A DNA stretch of 64,000 nucleotides, taken from assembly GCF_009914755.1 (NCBI RefSeq), contig NC_060946.1, one strand, 5' to 3'. A program made the position numbers and the translations under genes. Source of the stretch: the human T2T-CHM13v2.0 reference genome, Homo sapiens. Positions 25,914 to 40,900 of the stretch are shown piece after piece (the stretch's first letter is position 1; the number at the start of each line of letters is the position of its first letter). A model generated the notes under the pieces. It was not told the origin of the DNA. It made no database searches and saw nothing but the letters and a program-made list of their open reading frames with translations.

Positions 25914-28900
25914 TACAAAAAGAGTGCCTCAAAGCTGCTCTCTGAAATGGAATGTTCAACTCTATGAGTTGAATGCAAACATCACAAAGACGTTTCTGAG
26001 AATGCTTCTGTCTAGATTTGATATGAAGATATTCCCGTTTCCAACGAAATCTTCAAATCTATCCAAATGTCCACTTGCATAATCAACAAAAAGTGTTTTT
26101 CAGAACTGCTCTATCAAAAGAAAGATCCACCTCTGTTAGCTGAGTTCACACATCACAAACAAGTTTATGAGAATGCTTCTGTCTAGTTTTTATTTGAAGA
26201 TATTTCCTTTCTCACCATAGACCTGAAAGCTGTCCTAATGTTCACTTCCAGATACTACAGAAAGAGTGTTTCAAAACTGCTGTACGAAAGGGAATGTTCA
26301 ACTCTGTGACTTGAATGCACACATCACAAAGAAGTTTCTGAGGATGCTGCTGTCTACTTTTTATACGTAATCCCGTTTCCAACGAAATCCTCCAAGCTAT
26401 CCAAACATCCACTTGCAGATTCCACAGAAAGACTGTTTCAAAACTGCTCTGTCAATAGAAAGGTTCAACTCTGTTAGCTGCGTGCATATATCCCAAAGAA
26501 GATTCTGAGATTGCTTCTGTCTAGTTTTTATGGGAAGATATTTCCCTTTTCACCGTAGGCGTCAAGGCGCTCCAAATGTCCACTTCCAGATACTACAAAA
26601 AGAGTGTTTCAAACCTACTCTGTGAAAGCGAATATTCAACTCTGTGACTTGAATGCACATATCACAAAGAAGTTTCTGAGAATGCTTCTGTCGAGATTTT
26701 ATATGAAGATATTCCCGTTTCCAACGAAATCCTGAAATCTATCCAAATATCCCCTCGCAGATTCTACAAAAAGAGTGTTTCAAAACTGCTCTGTAAAAAG
26801 AAAGGTTCAACTCTGTTAGTTGAGTACACACATCACAAAGAAGTTTCACAGAATGCTTCTTTCTAGCTTGTAGGGGAAGATATTCCCTTTATCACCATGG
26901 GCCTCAAACCGTCCGAAACGTCCACTTCCATATACTACAAAAAGAGCGTTTCAAACCTGCTCTAGGAAAGGCAATGTTCAACTCTGTGACTTGAATGCAG
27001 ACATCACAGAGCAGTTTCTGAGAATGCTTCTGTCTAGATTTTATAGGAAGATATTCCCGTTTCCAACGAAATCTTCACAGCTATCCAAATATCCACTTGC
27101 AGATTCTACAAAAAGAGTGTATCAAAACTGCTCTGTCAAAAGGAAGGTTCTTCTCTGTTAGGTGAGTGCATACGTCATAAAGGAGTTTCTGAGAATGTTT
27201 CTGTCTAGTGGTTATGGGAAGATATTTGCTTTTTCACCGTAGGCCTCAGAGCGCTCCAAATATCCACTTGCACATACTACAAAAAGAATGCCTCAAAGCT
27301 GCTCTTTGAAACGGAATGTTCAACTCTATGAGTTGAATGCAAACATCACAAAGACGTTTCTGAGAATGCTTCTGTCTAGATTTGATATGAAGATATTCCC
27401 GTTTCCAACGAAATCTTCAAATCTATCCAAATGTCCACTTGCAGATTCAACAAAAAGTGTTTTTCAGAACTGCTCTATCAAAAGAAAGATCCACCTCTGT
27501 TAGCTGAGTTCACACATCACAAACAAGTTTATGAGAATGCTTCTGTCTAGTTTTTATTTGAAGATATTTCCTTTCTCACCATAGACCTGAAAGCTGTCCT
27601 AATGTTCACTTCCAGATACTACAGAAAGAGTGTTTCAAAACTGCTGTATGAAAGGGAATGTTCAACTCTGTGACTTGAATGCACACATCACAAAGAAGTT
27701 TCTGAGGATGCTGCTGTCTACTTTTTATATGTAATCCCGTTTCCAACGAAATCCTCCAAGCTATCCAAATATCCACTTGCAGATTCCACAGAAAGACTGT
27801 TTCAAAACTGCTCTGTCAATAGAAAGGTTCAACTCTGTTAGCTGCGTGCATATATCCCAAAGAAGATTCTGAGATTGCTTCTGTCTAGTTTTTATGGGAA
27901 GATATTTCCCTTTTCACCGTAGGCGTCAAGGCGCTCCAAATGTCCACTTCCAGATACTACAAAAAGAGTGTTTCAAACCTACTCTGTGAAAGGGAATATT
28001 CAACTCTGTGACTTGAATGCACATATCACAAAGAAGTTTCTGATAATGCTTCTGTCGAGATTTTATATGAAGATATTCCCGTTTCCAACGAAATCCTGAA
28101 ATCTATCCAAATATCCCCTCGCAGATTCTACAAAAAGAGTGTTTCAAAACTGCTCTGTAAAAAGAAAGGTTCAACTCTGTTAGTTGAGTACACACATCAC
28201 AAACAAGTTTCACAGAATGCTTCTTTCTAGCTTGTAGGGGAAGATATTCCCTTTATCACCATGGGCCTCCAACCGTCCGAAACATCCACTTCCATATACT
28301 ACAAAAAGAGCGTTTCAAACCTGCTCTATGAAAGGCAATGTTCAACTCTGTGACTTGAATGCAGACATCACAGAGCAGTTTCTGAGAATGCTTCTGTCTA
28401 GATTTTATAGGAAGATATTCCCGTTTCCAACGAAATCTTCACAGCTATCCAAATATCCACTTGCAGATTCTACAAAAAGAGTGTATCAAAACTGCTCTGT
28501 CAAAAGGAAGGTTCTTCTCTGTTAGGTGAGTGCATACGTCATAAAGGAGTTTCTGAGAATGTTTCTGTCTAGTGGTTATGGGAAGATATTTGCTTTTTCA
28601 CCGTAGGCCTCAGAGCGCTCCAAATATCCACTTGCACATACTACAAAAAGAGTGCCTCAAAGCTGCTCTCTGAAACGGAATGTTCAACTCTATGAGTTGA
28701 ATGCAAACATCACAAAGACGTTTCTGAGAATGCTTCTGTCTAGATTTGATATGAAGATATTCCCGTTTCCAACGAAATCTTCAAATCTATCCAAATGTCC
28801 ACTTGCAGATTCAACAAAAAGTGTTTTTCAGAACTGCTCTATCAAAAGAAAGATCCACCTCTGTTAGCTGAGTTCACACATCACAAACAAGTTTATGAGA

Positions 28901-31900
28901 ATGCTTCTGTCTAGTTTTTATTTGAAGATATTTCCTTTCTCACCATAGACCTGAAAGCTGTCCTAATGTTCACTTCCAGATACTACAGAAAGAGTGTTTC
29001 AAAACTGCTGTACGAAAGGGAATGTTCAACTCTGTGACTTGAATGCACACATCACAAAGAAGTTTCTGAGGATGCTGCTGTCTACTTTTTATACGTAATC
29101 CCGTTTCCAACGAAATCCTCCAAGCTATCCAAATATCCACTTGCAGATTCCACAGAAAGACTGTTTCAAAACTGCTCTGTCAATAGAAAGGTTCAACTCT
29201 GTTAGCTGCGTGCATATATCCCAAAGAAGATTCTCAGATTGCTTCTGTCTAGTTTTTATGGGAAGATATTTCCCTTTTCACCGTAGGCGTCAAGGCGCTC
29301 CAAATGTCCACTTCCAGATACTACAAAAAGAGTGTTTCAAACCTACTCTGTGAAAGGGAATATTCAACTCTGTGACTTGAATGCACATATCACAAAGAAG
29401 TTTCTGAGAATGCTTCTGTCGAGATTTTATATGAAGATATTCCCGTTTCCAACGAAATCCTGAAATCTATCCAAATATCCCCTCGCAGATTCTACAAAAA
29501 GAGTGTTTCAAAACTGCTCTGTAAAAAGAAAGGTTCAACTCTGTTACTTGAGTACACACATCACAAACAAGTTTCACAGAATGCTTCTTTCTAGCTTGTA
29601 GGGGAAGATATTCCCATTATCACCATGGTCCTCAAACCGTCCGAAACGTCCACTTTCATATACTACAAAAAGAGCGTTTCAAACCTGCTCTAGGAAAGGC
29701 AATGTTCAACTCTGTGACTTGAATGCAGACATCACAGAGCAGTTTCTGAGAATGCTTCTGTCTAGATTTTATAGGAAGATATTCCCGTTTCCAACGAAAT
29801 CTTCACAGCTATCCAAATATCCACTTGCAGATTCTACAAAAAGAGTGTATCAAAACTGCTCTGTCAAAAGGAAGGTTCTTCTCTGTTAGGTGAGTGCATA
29901 CGTCATAAAGGAGTTTCTGAGAATGTTTCTGTCTAGTGGTTATGGGAAGATATTTGCTTTTTCACCGTAGGCCTCAGAGCGCTCCAAATATCCACTTGCA
30001 CATACTACAAAAAGAGTGCCTCAAAGCTGCTCCCTGAAACGGAATGTTCAACTCTATGAGTTGAATGCAAACATCACAAAGACGTTTCTGAGAATGCTTC
30101 TGTCTAGATTTGATATGAAGATATTCCCGTTTCCAACGAAATCTTCAAATCTATCCAAATGTCCACTTGCATAATCAACAAAAAGTGTTTTTCAGAACTG
30201 CTCTATCAAAAGAAAGATACACCTCTGTTAGCTGAGTTCACACATCACAAACAAGTTTATGAGAATGCTTCTGTCTAGTTTTTATTTGAAGATATTTCCT
30301 TTCTCACCATAGACCTGAAAGCTGTCCTAATGTTCACTTCCAGATACTACAGAAAGTGTTTCAAAACTGCTGTACGAAAGGGAATGTTCAACTCTGTGAC
30401 TTGAATGCACACATCACAAAGAAGTTTCTGAGGATGCTGCTGTCTACTTTTTATACGTAATCCCGTTTCCAACGAAATCCTCCAAGCTATCCAAATATCC
30501 ACTTGCAGATTCCACAGAAAGACTGTTTCAAAACTGCTCTGTCAATAGAAAGGTTCAACTCTGTTAGCTGCGTGCATATATCCCAAAGAAGATTCTGAGA
30601 TTGCTTCTGTCTAGTTTTTATGGGAAGATATTTCCCTTTTCACCGTAGGCGTCAAGGCGCTCCAAATGTCCACTTCCAGATACTACAAAAAGAGTGTTTC
30701 AAACCTACTCTGTGAAAGCGAATATTCAGCTCTGTGACTTGAATGCACATATCACAAAGAAGTTTCTGAGAATGCTTCTGTCGAGATTTTATATGAAGAT
30801 ATTCCCGTTTCCAACGAAATCCTGAAATCTATCCAAATATCCCCTCGCAGATTCTACAAAAAGAGTGTTTCAAAACTGCTCTGTAAAAAGAAAGGTTCAA
30901 CTCTGTTAGTTGAGTACACACATCACAAACAAGTTTCACAGAATGCTTCTTTCTAGCTTGTAGGGGAAGATATTCCCTTTATCACCATGGTCCTCAAACC
31001 GTCCGAAACGTCCACTTCCATATACTACAAAAGGAGCGTTTCAAACCTGCTCTAGGAAAGGCAATGTTCAACTCTGTGACTTGAATGCAGACATCACAGA
31101 GCAGTTTCTGAGAATGCTTCTGTCTAGATTTTATAGGAAGATATTCCCGTTTCCAACGAAATCTTCACAGCTATCCAAATATCCACTTGCAGATTCTACA
31201 AAAAGAGTGTATCAAAACTGCTCTGTCAAAAGGAAGGTTCTTCTCTGTTAGGTGAGTGCATACGTCATAAAGGAGTTTCTGAGAATGTTTCTGTCTAGTG
31301 GTTATGGGAAGATATTTGCTTTTTCACCGTAGGCCTCAGAGCGCTCCAAATATCCACTTGCACATACTACAAAAAGAGTGCCTCAAAGCTGCTCTCTGAA
31401 ACGGAATGTTCAACTCTATGAGTTGAATGCAAACATCACAAAGACGTTTCTGAGAATGCTTCTGTCTAGATTTGATATGAAGATATTCCCGTTTCCAACG
31501 AAATCTTCAAATCTATCCAAATGTCCACTTGCAGATTCAACAAAAAGTGTTTTTCAGAACTGCTCTATCAAAAGAAAGATCCACCTCTGTTAGCTGAGTT
31601 CACACATCACAAACAAGTTTATGAGAATGCTTCTGTCTAGTTTTTATTTGAAGATATTTCCTTTCTCACCATAGACCTGAAAGCTGTCCTAATGTTCACT
31701 TCCAGATACTACAGAAACAGTGTTTCAAAACTGCTGTATGAAAGGGAATGTTCAACTCTGTGACTTGAATGCACACATCACAAAGAAGTTTCTGAGGATG
31801 CTGCTGTCTACTTTTTATATGTAATCCCGTTTCCAACGAAATCCTCCAAGCTATCCAAATATCCACTTGCAGATTCCACAGAAAGACTGTTTCAAAACTG

Positions 31901-34900
31901 CTCTGTCAATAGAAAGGTTCAACTCTGTTAGCTGCGTGCATATATCCCAAAGAAGATTCTGAGATTGCTTCTGTCTAGTTTTTATGGGAAGATATTTCCC
32001 TTTTCACCGTAGGCGTCAAGGCGCTCCAAATGTCCACTTCCAGATACTACAAAAAGAGTGTTTCAAACCTACCCTGTGAAAGGGAATATTCAACTCTGTG
32101 ACTTGAATGCACATATCACAAAGAAGTTTCTGAGAATGCTTCTGTCGAGATTTTATATGAAGATATTCCCGTTTCCAACGAAATCCTGAAATCTATCCAA
32201 ATATCCCCTCGCAGATTCTACAAAAAGAGTGTTTCAAAACTGCTCTGTAAAAAGAAAGGTTCAACTCTGTTAGTTGAGTACACACATCACAAACAAGTTT
32301 CACAGAATGCTTCTTTCTAGCTTGTAGGGGAAGATATTCCCTTTATCACCATGGGCCTCCAACCGTCCGAAACATCCACTTCCATATACTACAAAAAGAG
32401 CGTTTCAAACCTGCTCTATGAAAGGCAATGTTCAACTCTGTGACTTGAAAGCAGACATCACAGAGCAGTTTCTGAGAATGCTTCTGTCTAGATTTTATAG
32501 GAAGATATTCCCGTTTCCAACGAAATCTTCACAGCTATCCAAATATCCACTTGCAGATTCTACAAAAAGAGTGTATCAAAACTGCTCTGTCAAAAGGAAG
32601 GTTCTTCTCTGTTAGGTGAGTGCATACGTCATAAAGGAGTTTCTGAGAATGTTTCTGTCTAGTGGTTATGGGAAGATATTTGCTTTTTCACCGTAGGCCT
32701 CAGAGCGCTCCAAATATCCACTTGCACATACTACAAAAAGAGTGCCTCAAAGCTGCTCTCTGAAACGGAATGTTCAACTCTATGAGTTGAATGCAAACAT
32801 CACAAAGACGTTTCTGAGAATGCTTCTGTCTAGATTTGATATGAAGATATTCCCGTTTCCAACGAAATCTTCAAATCTATCCAAATGTCCACTTGCAGAT
32901 TCAACAAAAAGTGTTTTTCAGAACTGCTCTATCAAAAGAAAGATCCACCTCTGTTAGCTGAGTTCACACATCACAAACAAGTTTATGAGAATGCTTCTGT
33001 CTAGTTTTTATTTGAAGATATTTCCTTTCTCACCATAGACCTGAAAGCTGTCCTAATGTTCACTTCCAGATACTACAGAAAGAGTGTTTCAAAACTGCTG
33101 TACGAAAGGGAATGTTCAACTCTGTGACTTGAATGCACACATCACAAAGAAGTTTCTGAGGATGCTGCTGTCTACTTTTTATACGTAATCCCGTTTCCAA
33201 CGAAATCCTCCAAGCTATCCAAATATCCACTTGCAGATTCCACAGAAAGACTGTTTCAAAACTGCTCTGTCAATAGAAAGGTTCAACTCTGTTAGCTGCG
33301 TGCATATATCCCAAAGAAGATTCTGAGATTGCTTCTGTCTAGTTTTTATGGGAAGATATTTCCCTTTTCACCGTAGGCGTCAAGGCGCTCCAAATGTCCA
33401 CTTCCAGATACTACAAAAAGAGTGTTTCAAACCTACTCTGTGAAAGCGAATATTCAACTCTGTGACTTGAATGCACATATCACAAAGAAGTTTCTGAGAA
33501 TGCTTCTGTCGAGATTTTATATGAAGATATTCCCGTTTCCAACGAAATCCTGAAATCTATCCAAATATCCCCTCGCAGATTCTACAAAATGAGTGTTTCA
33601 AAACTGCTCTGTAAAAAGAAAGGTTCAACTCTGTTACTTGAGTACACACATCACAAACAAGTTTCACAGAATTCTTCTTTCTAGCTTGTAGGGGAAGATA
33701 TTCCCTTTATCACCATGGTCCTCAAACCGTCCGAAACGTCCGCTTCCATATACTACAAAAAGAGCGTTTCAAACCTGCTCTAGGAAAGGCAATGTTCAAC
33801 TCTGTGACTTGAATGCAGACATCACAGAGCAGTTTCTGAGAATGCTTCTGTCTAGATTTTATAGGAAGATATTCCCGTTTCCAACGAAATCTTCACAGCT
33901 ATCCAAATATCCACTTGCAGATTCTACAAAAAGAGTGTATCCAAACTGCTCTGTCAAAAGGAAGGTTCTTCTCTGTTAGGTGAGTGCATACGTCATAAAG
34001 GAGTTTCTGAGAATGTTTCTGTCTAGTGGTTATGGGAAGATATTTGCTTTTTCACCGTAGGCCTCAGAGCGCTCCAAATATCCACTTGCACATACTACAA
34101 AAAGAGTGCCTCAAAGCTGCTCTCTGAAACGGAATGTTCAACTCTATGAGTTGAATGCAAACATCACAAAGACGTTTCTGAGAATGCTTCTGTCTAGATT
34201 TGATATGAAGATATTCCCGTTTCCAACGAAATCTTCAAATCTATCCAAATGTCCACTTGCAGATTCAACAAAAAGTGTTTTTCAGAACTGCTCTATCAAA
34301 AGAAAGATCCACCTCTGTTAGCTGAGTTCACACATCACAAACAAGTTTATGAGAATGCTTCTGTCTAGTTTTTATTTGAAGATATTTCCTTTCTCACCAT
34401 AGACCTGAAAGCTGTCCTAATGTTCACTTCCAGATACTACAGAAAGAGTGTTTCAAAACTGCTGTACGAAAGGGAATGTTCAACTCTGTGACTTGAATGC
34501 ACACATCACAAAGAAGTTTCTGAGGATGCTGCTGTCTACTTTTTATACGTAATCCCGTTTCCAACGAAATCCTCCAAGCTATCCAAATATCCACTTGCAG
34601 ATTCCACAGAAAGACTGTTTCAAAACTGCTCTGTCAATAGAAAGGTTCAACTCTGTTAGCTGCGTGCATATATCCCAAAGAAGATTCTGAGATTGCTTCT
34701 GTCTAGTTTTTATGGGAAGATATTTCCCTTTTCACCGTAGGCGTCAAGGCGCTCCAAATGTCCACTTCCAGATACTACAAAAAGAGTGTTTCAAACCTAC
34801 TCTGTGAAAGCGAATATTCAACTCTGTGACTTGAATGCACATATCACAAAGAAGTTTCTGAGAATGCTTCTGTCGAGATTTTATATGAAGATATTCCCGT

Positions 34901-37900
34901 TTCCAACGAAATCCTGAAATCTATCCAAATATCCCCTCGCAGATTCTACAAAAAGAGTGTTTCAAAACTGCTCTGTAAAAAGAAAGGTTCAACTCTGTTA
35001 GTTGAGTACACACATCACAAACAAGTTTCACAGAATGCTTCTTTCTAGCTTGTAGGGGAAGATATTCCCTTTCTCACCATGGGCCTCCAACCGTCCGAAA
35101 CATCCACTTCCATATACTACAAAAAGAGCGTTTCAAACCTGCTCTATGAAAGGCAATGTTCAACTCTGTGACTTGAATGCAGACATCACAGAGCAGTTTC
35201 TGAGAATGCTTCTGTCTAGATTTTATAGGAAGATATTCCCGTTTCCAACGAAATCTTCACAGCTATCCAAATATCCACTTGCAGATTCTACAAAAAGAGT
35301 GTATCAAAACTGCTCTGTCAAAAGGAAGGTTCTTCTCTGTTAGGTGAGTGCATACGTCATAAAGGAGTTTCTGAGAATGTTTCTGTCTAGTGGTTATGGG
35401 AAGATATTTGCTTTTTCACCGTAGGCCTCAGAGCGCTCCAAATATCCCCTTGCACATACTACAAAAAGAGTGCCTCAAAGCTGCTCTCTGAAACGGAATG
35501 TTCAACTCTATGAGTTGAATGCAAACATCACAAAGACGTTTCTGAGAATGCTTCTGTCTAGATTTGATATGAAGATATTCCCGTTTCCAACGAAATCTTC
35601 AAATCTATCCAAATGTCCACTTGCAGATTCAACAAAAAGTGTTTTTCAGAACTGCTCTATCAAAAGAAAGATCCACCTCTGTTAGCTGAGTTCACACATC
35701 ACAAACAAGTTTATGAGAATGCTTCTGTCTAGTTTTTATTTGAAGATATTTCCTTTCTCACCATAGACCTGAAAGCTGTCCTAATGTTCACTTCCAGATA
35801 CTACAGAAAGAGTGTTTCAAAACTGCTGTACGAAAGGGAATGTTCAACTCTGTGACTTGAATGCACACATCACAAAGAAGTTTCTGAGGATGCTGCTGTC
35901 TACTTTTTATACATAATCCTGTTTCCAACGAAATCCTCCAAGCTATCCAAATATCCACTTGCAGATTCCACAGAAAGAATGTTTCAAAACTGCTCTGTCA
36001 ATAGAAAGGTTCAACTCAGTTAGCTGCGTGCATATATCCCAAAGAAGATTCTGAGATTGCTTCTGTCTAGTTTTTATGGGAAGATATTTCCCTTTTCTCC
36101 GTAGGCGTCAAGGCGCTCCAAATGTCCACTTCCAGATACTACAAAAAGAGTGTTTCAAACCTAATCTGTGAAAGGGAATATTCAACTCTGTAACTTGAAT
36201 GCACATATCACAAAGAAGTTTCTGAGAATGCTTCTGTCGAGATTTTATGTGAAGATATTCCCGTTTCCAACGAAATCCTGAAATCTATCCAAATATCACC
36301 TCGCAGATTCTACAAAAAGAGTGTTTCAAAACTGCTCTGTAAAAAGAAAGGTTCAACTCTGTTAGTTGAGTACACACATCACAAACAAGTTTCACAGAAT
36401 GCTTCTTTCTAGCTTGTAGGGGAAGATATTCCCTTCATCACCATGGGCCTCAAACCGTCCGAAACGTCCACTTCCATATACTACAAAAAGAGCGTTTCAA
36501 ACCTGCTCTATGAAAGGCAATGTTCAACTCTGTGACTTGAATGCAGACATCACAGAGCAGTTTCTGAGAATGCTTCTGTCTAGATTTTATAGGAAGATAT
36601 TCCCGTTTCCAACGAAATCTTCACAGCTATCCAAATATCCACTTGCAGATTCTACAAAAAGAGTGTATCAAAACTGCTCTGTCAAAAGGAAGGTTCTTCT
36701 CTGTTAGGTGAGTGCATACGTCATAAAGGAGTTTCTGAGAATGTTTCTGTCTAGTGGTTATGGGAAGATATTTGCTTTTTCACCGTAGGCCTCAGAGCGC
36801 TCCAAATGTCCACTTGCACATACTACAAAAAGAGTGCTTCAAACCTGCTCTCTGAAACGGAATGTTCAACTCTATGAGTTGAATGCAAACATCACAAAGA
36901 CGTTTCTGAGAATGCTTCTGTCTAGATTTGATATGAAGATATTCCCGTTTCCAACGAAATCTTCAAATCTATCCAAATGTCCACTTGCAGATTCAACAAA
37001 ATGTGTTTTTCAGAACTGCTCTATCAAAAGAAAGATCCACCTCTGTTAGCTGAGTTCACACATCACAAACAAGTTTATGAGAATGCTTCTGTCTAGTTTT
37101 TATTTGAAGATATTTCCTTTCTCACCATAGACCTGAAAGCTGTCCTAATGTTCACTTCCAGATACTACAGAAAGAGTGTTTCAAAACTGCTGTACGAAAG
37201 GGAATGTTCAACTCTGTGACTTGAATGCACAGATCACAAAGAAGTTTCTGAGGATGCTGCTGTCTACTTTTTATACGTAATCCCGTTTCCAACGAAATCC
37301 TCCAAGCTATCCAAATATCCACTTGCAGATTCCACAGAAAGACTGTTTCAAAACTGCTCTGTCTATAGAAAGGTTCAACTCTGTTAGCTGCGTGCATATA
37401 TCCCAAAGACGATTCTGAGATTGCTTCTGTCTAGTTTTTATGGGAAGATATTTCCCTTTTCACCGTAGGCGTCAAGGCGCTCCAAATGTCCACTTCCAGA
37501 TGCTACAAAAAGAGTGTTTCAAACCTACTCTGTGAAAGGGAATATTCAACTCTGTGACTTGAATGCAGATATCACAAAGAAGTTTCTGAGAATGCTTCTG
37601 TCGAGATTTTATATGAAGATATTCCCGTTTCCAACGAAATCCTGAAATCTATCCAAATATCCCCTTGCAGATTCTACAAAAAGAGTGTTTCAAAACTGCT
37701 CTGTAAAAAGAAAGGTTCAACTCTGTTAGTTGAGTACACACATCACAACAAGTTTCACAGAATGCTTCTTTCTAGCTTGTAGGGGAAGATATTTCCTTTA
37801 TCACCATGGGCCTCAAACCATCCGAAACGTCCACTTCCATATACTAAAAAAAGAGTGTTTGAAACCTGCTCTATGAAAGGCAATGTTCAATTCTGTGACT

Positions 37901-40900
37901 TGAATGCAGACATCACGGAGCAGTTTCTGAGAATGCTTCTGTCCAGACTTTATAGGAAGATATTCCCGTTTCCAACGAAATCTTCACAGCTATCCAAATA
38001 TCCACTTGCAGATACTACAAAAAGAATGTATCAAAAATGCTCTGTCAAAAGGAAAGTTCTTCTCTGCTAGTTGAGTACATACGTCATAAAGAAGTTTCTG
38101 AGAATGTTTCTGTCTAGTGGTTATGGGAAGATATTTGCTTTTTCACCGTAGGCCACAGAGCGCTCCAAATGTCCACTTGCACATGCTACAAAAAGAGTGC
38201 TTCAAAGCTGCTCTCTGAAAGGGAATGTTCAACTCTATGAGTTGAATGTAAACATCACAAAGACGTTTCTGAGAATGCGTCTGTCTAGATTTGATATGAA
38301 GATATTCCCGTTTCCAACGAAATCTTCAAATCTATCCAAGTGTCCACTTGCAGATTCAACAAAAAGTGTTTTTCAAAACTGCTGTATCAAAAGAAAGATC
38401 CACGTCTGTTAGCTGAGTTCACACATCACAAAGAAGTTTATGAGAATGCTTCTGTCTAGTTTTTATTTGAAGATATTTCCTTTCTCACCATAGACCTGAA
38501 AGCTGTCCTAATGTTCACTTCCAGATACTACAGAAAGAGTGTTTCAAAACTGCTGTACGAAAGGGAATGTTCAACTCTGTGACTTGAATGCACACATCAC
38601 AAAGAAGTTTCTGAGGATTCTGCTGTCTACTTTTTATACGTAATCCCGTTTCCAACGAAATCCTCCAAGCTATCCAAATATCCACTTGCAGATTCCACAG
38701 AAAGACTGTTTCAAAACTGCTCTGTCAATGGAAAGGTTCAACTCTGTTAGCTGCGTGCATATATCCCAAAGAAGATTCTGAGATTGCTTCTGTCTAGTTT
38801 TTATGGGACGATATTTCCCTTTTCACCGTAGGTGTCAAGGCTCTCCAAATGTCCACTTCCAGATACTGCAAAAAGAGTGTTTCAAACCTACTCTGTGAAA
38901 GGGAATATTCAACTCTGTGACTTGAATGCACATATCACAAAGAAGTTTCTGAGAATGCTTCTGTCGAGATTTTATATGAAGATATTCCCGTTTCCAACGA
39001 AATCCTGAAATCTATCCAAATATCCCCTCGCAGATTCTACAAAAAGAGTGTTTCAAAACTGCTCTGTAAAAAGAAAGGTTCAACTCTGTTAGTTGAGTAC
39101 ACACATCACAAACAAGTTTCACAGAATGCTTCTTTCTAGCTTGTAGGGGAAGATATTCCCTTTATCACCATGGGCCTCCAACCGTCCGAAACATCCACTT
39201 CCATATACTACAAAAAGAGCGTTTCAAACCTGCTCTATGAAAGGCAATGTTCAACTCTGTGACTTGAATGCAGACATCACAGAGCAGTTTCTGAGAATGC
39301 TTCTGTCTAGATTTTATAGGAAGATATTCCCGTTTCCAACGAAATCTTCACAGCTATCCAAATATCCACTTGCAGATTCTACAAAAAGAGTGTATCAAAA
39401 CTGCTCTGTCAAAAGGAAGGTTCTTCTCTGTTAGGTGAGTGCATACGTCATAAAGGAGTTTCTGAGAATGTTTCTGTCTAGTGGTTATGGGAAGATATTT
39501 GCTTTTTCACCGTAGGCCTCAGAGCGCTCCAAATGTCCACTTGCACATACTACAAAAAGAGTGCTTCAAACCTGCTCTCTGAAACGGAATGTTCAACTCT
39601 ATGAGTTGAATGCAAACATCACAAAGACGTTTCTGAGAATGCTTCTGTCTAGATTTGATATGAAGATATTCCCGTTTCCAACGAAATCTTCAAATCTATC
39701 CAAATGTCCACTTGCAGATTCAACAAAATGTGTTTTTCAGAACTGCTCTATCAAAAGAAAGATCCACCTCTGTTAGCTGAGTTCACACATCACAAACAAG
39801 TTTATGAGAATGCTTCTGTCTAGTTTTTATTTGAAGATATTTCCTTTCTCACCATAGACCTGAAAGCTGTCCTAATGTTCACTTCCAGATACTACAGAAA
39901 GAGTGTTTCAAAACTGCTGTACGAAAGGGAATGTTCAACTCTGTGACTTGAATGCACACATCACAAAGAAGTTTCTGAGGATGCTGCTGTCTACTTTTTA
40001 TACGTAATCCTGTTTCCAACGAAATCCTCCAAGCTATCCAAATATCCACTTGCAGATTCCACAGAAAGAATGTTTCAAAACTGCTCTGTCAATAGAAAGG
40101 TTCAACTCAGTTAGCTGCGTGCATATATCCCAAAGAAGATTCTGAGATTGCTTCTGTCTAGTTTTTATGGGAAGATATTTCCCTTTTCACCGTAGGCGTC
40201 AAGGCGCTCCAAATGTCCACTTCCAGATACTACAAAAAGAGTGTTTCAAACCTAATCTGTGAAAGGGAATATTCAACTCTGTAACTTGAATGCACATATC
40301 ACAAAGAAGTTTCTGAGAATGCTTCTGTCGAGATTTTATGTGAAGATATTCCCGTTTCCAACGAAATCCTGAAATCTATCCAAATATCCCCTCGCAGATT
40401 CTACAAAAAGAGTGTTTCAAAACTGCTCTGTAAAAAGAAAGGTTCAACTCTGTTAGTTGAGTACACACATCACAAACAAGTTTCACAGAATGCTTCTTTC
40501 TAGCTTGTAGGGGAAGATATTCCCTTCATCACCATGGGCCTCAAACCGTCCGAAACGTCCACTTCCATATACTACAAAAAGAGCGTTTCAAACCTGCTCT
40601 ATGAAAGGCAATGTTCAACTCTGTGACTTGAATGCAGACATCACAGAGCAGTTTCTGAGAATGCTTCTGTCTAGATTTTATAGGAAGATATTCCCGTTTC
40701 CAACGAAATCTTCACAGCTATCCAAATATCCACTTGCAGATTCTACAAAAAGAGTGTATCAAAACTGCTCTGTCAAAAGGAAGGTTCTTCTCTGTTAGGT
40801 GAGTGCATACGTCATAAAGGAGTTTCTGAGAATGTTTCTGTCTAGTGGTTATGGGAAGATATTTGCTTTTTCACCGTAGGCCTCAGAGCGCTCCAAATGT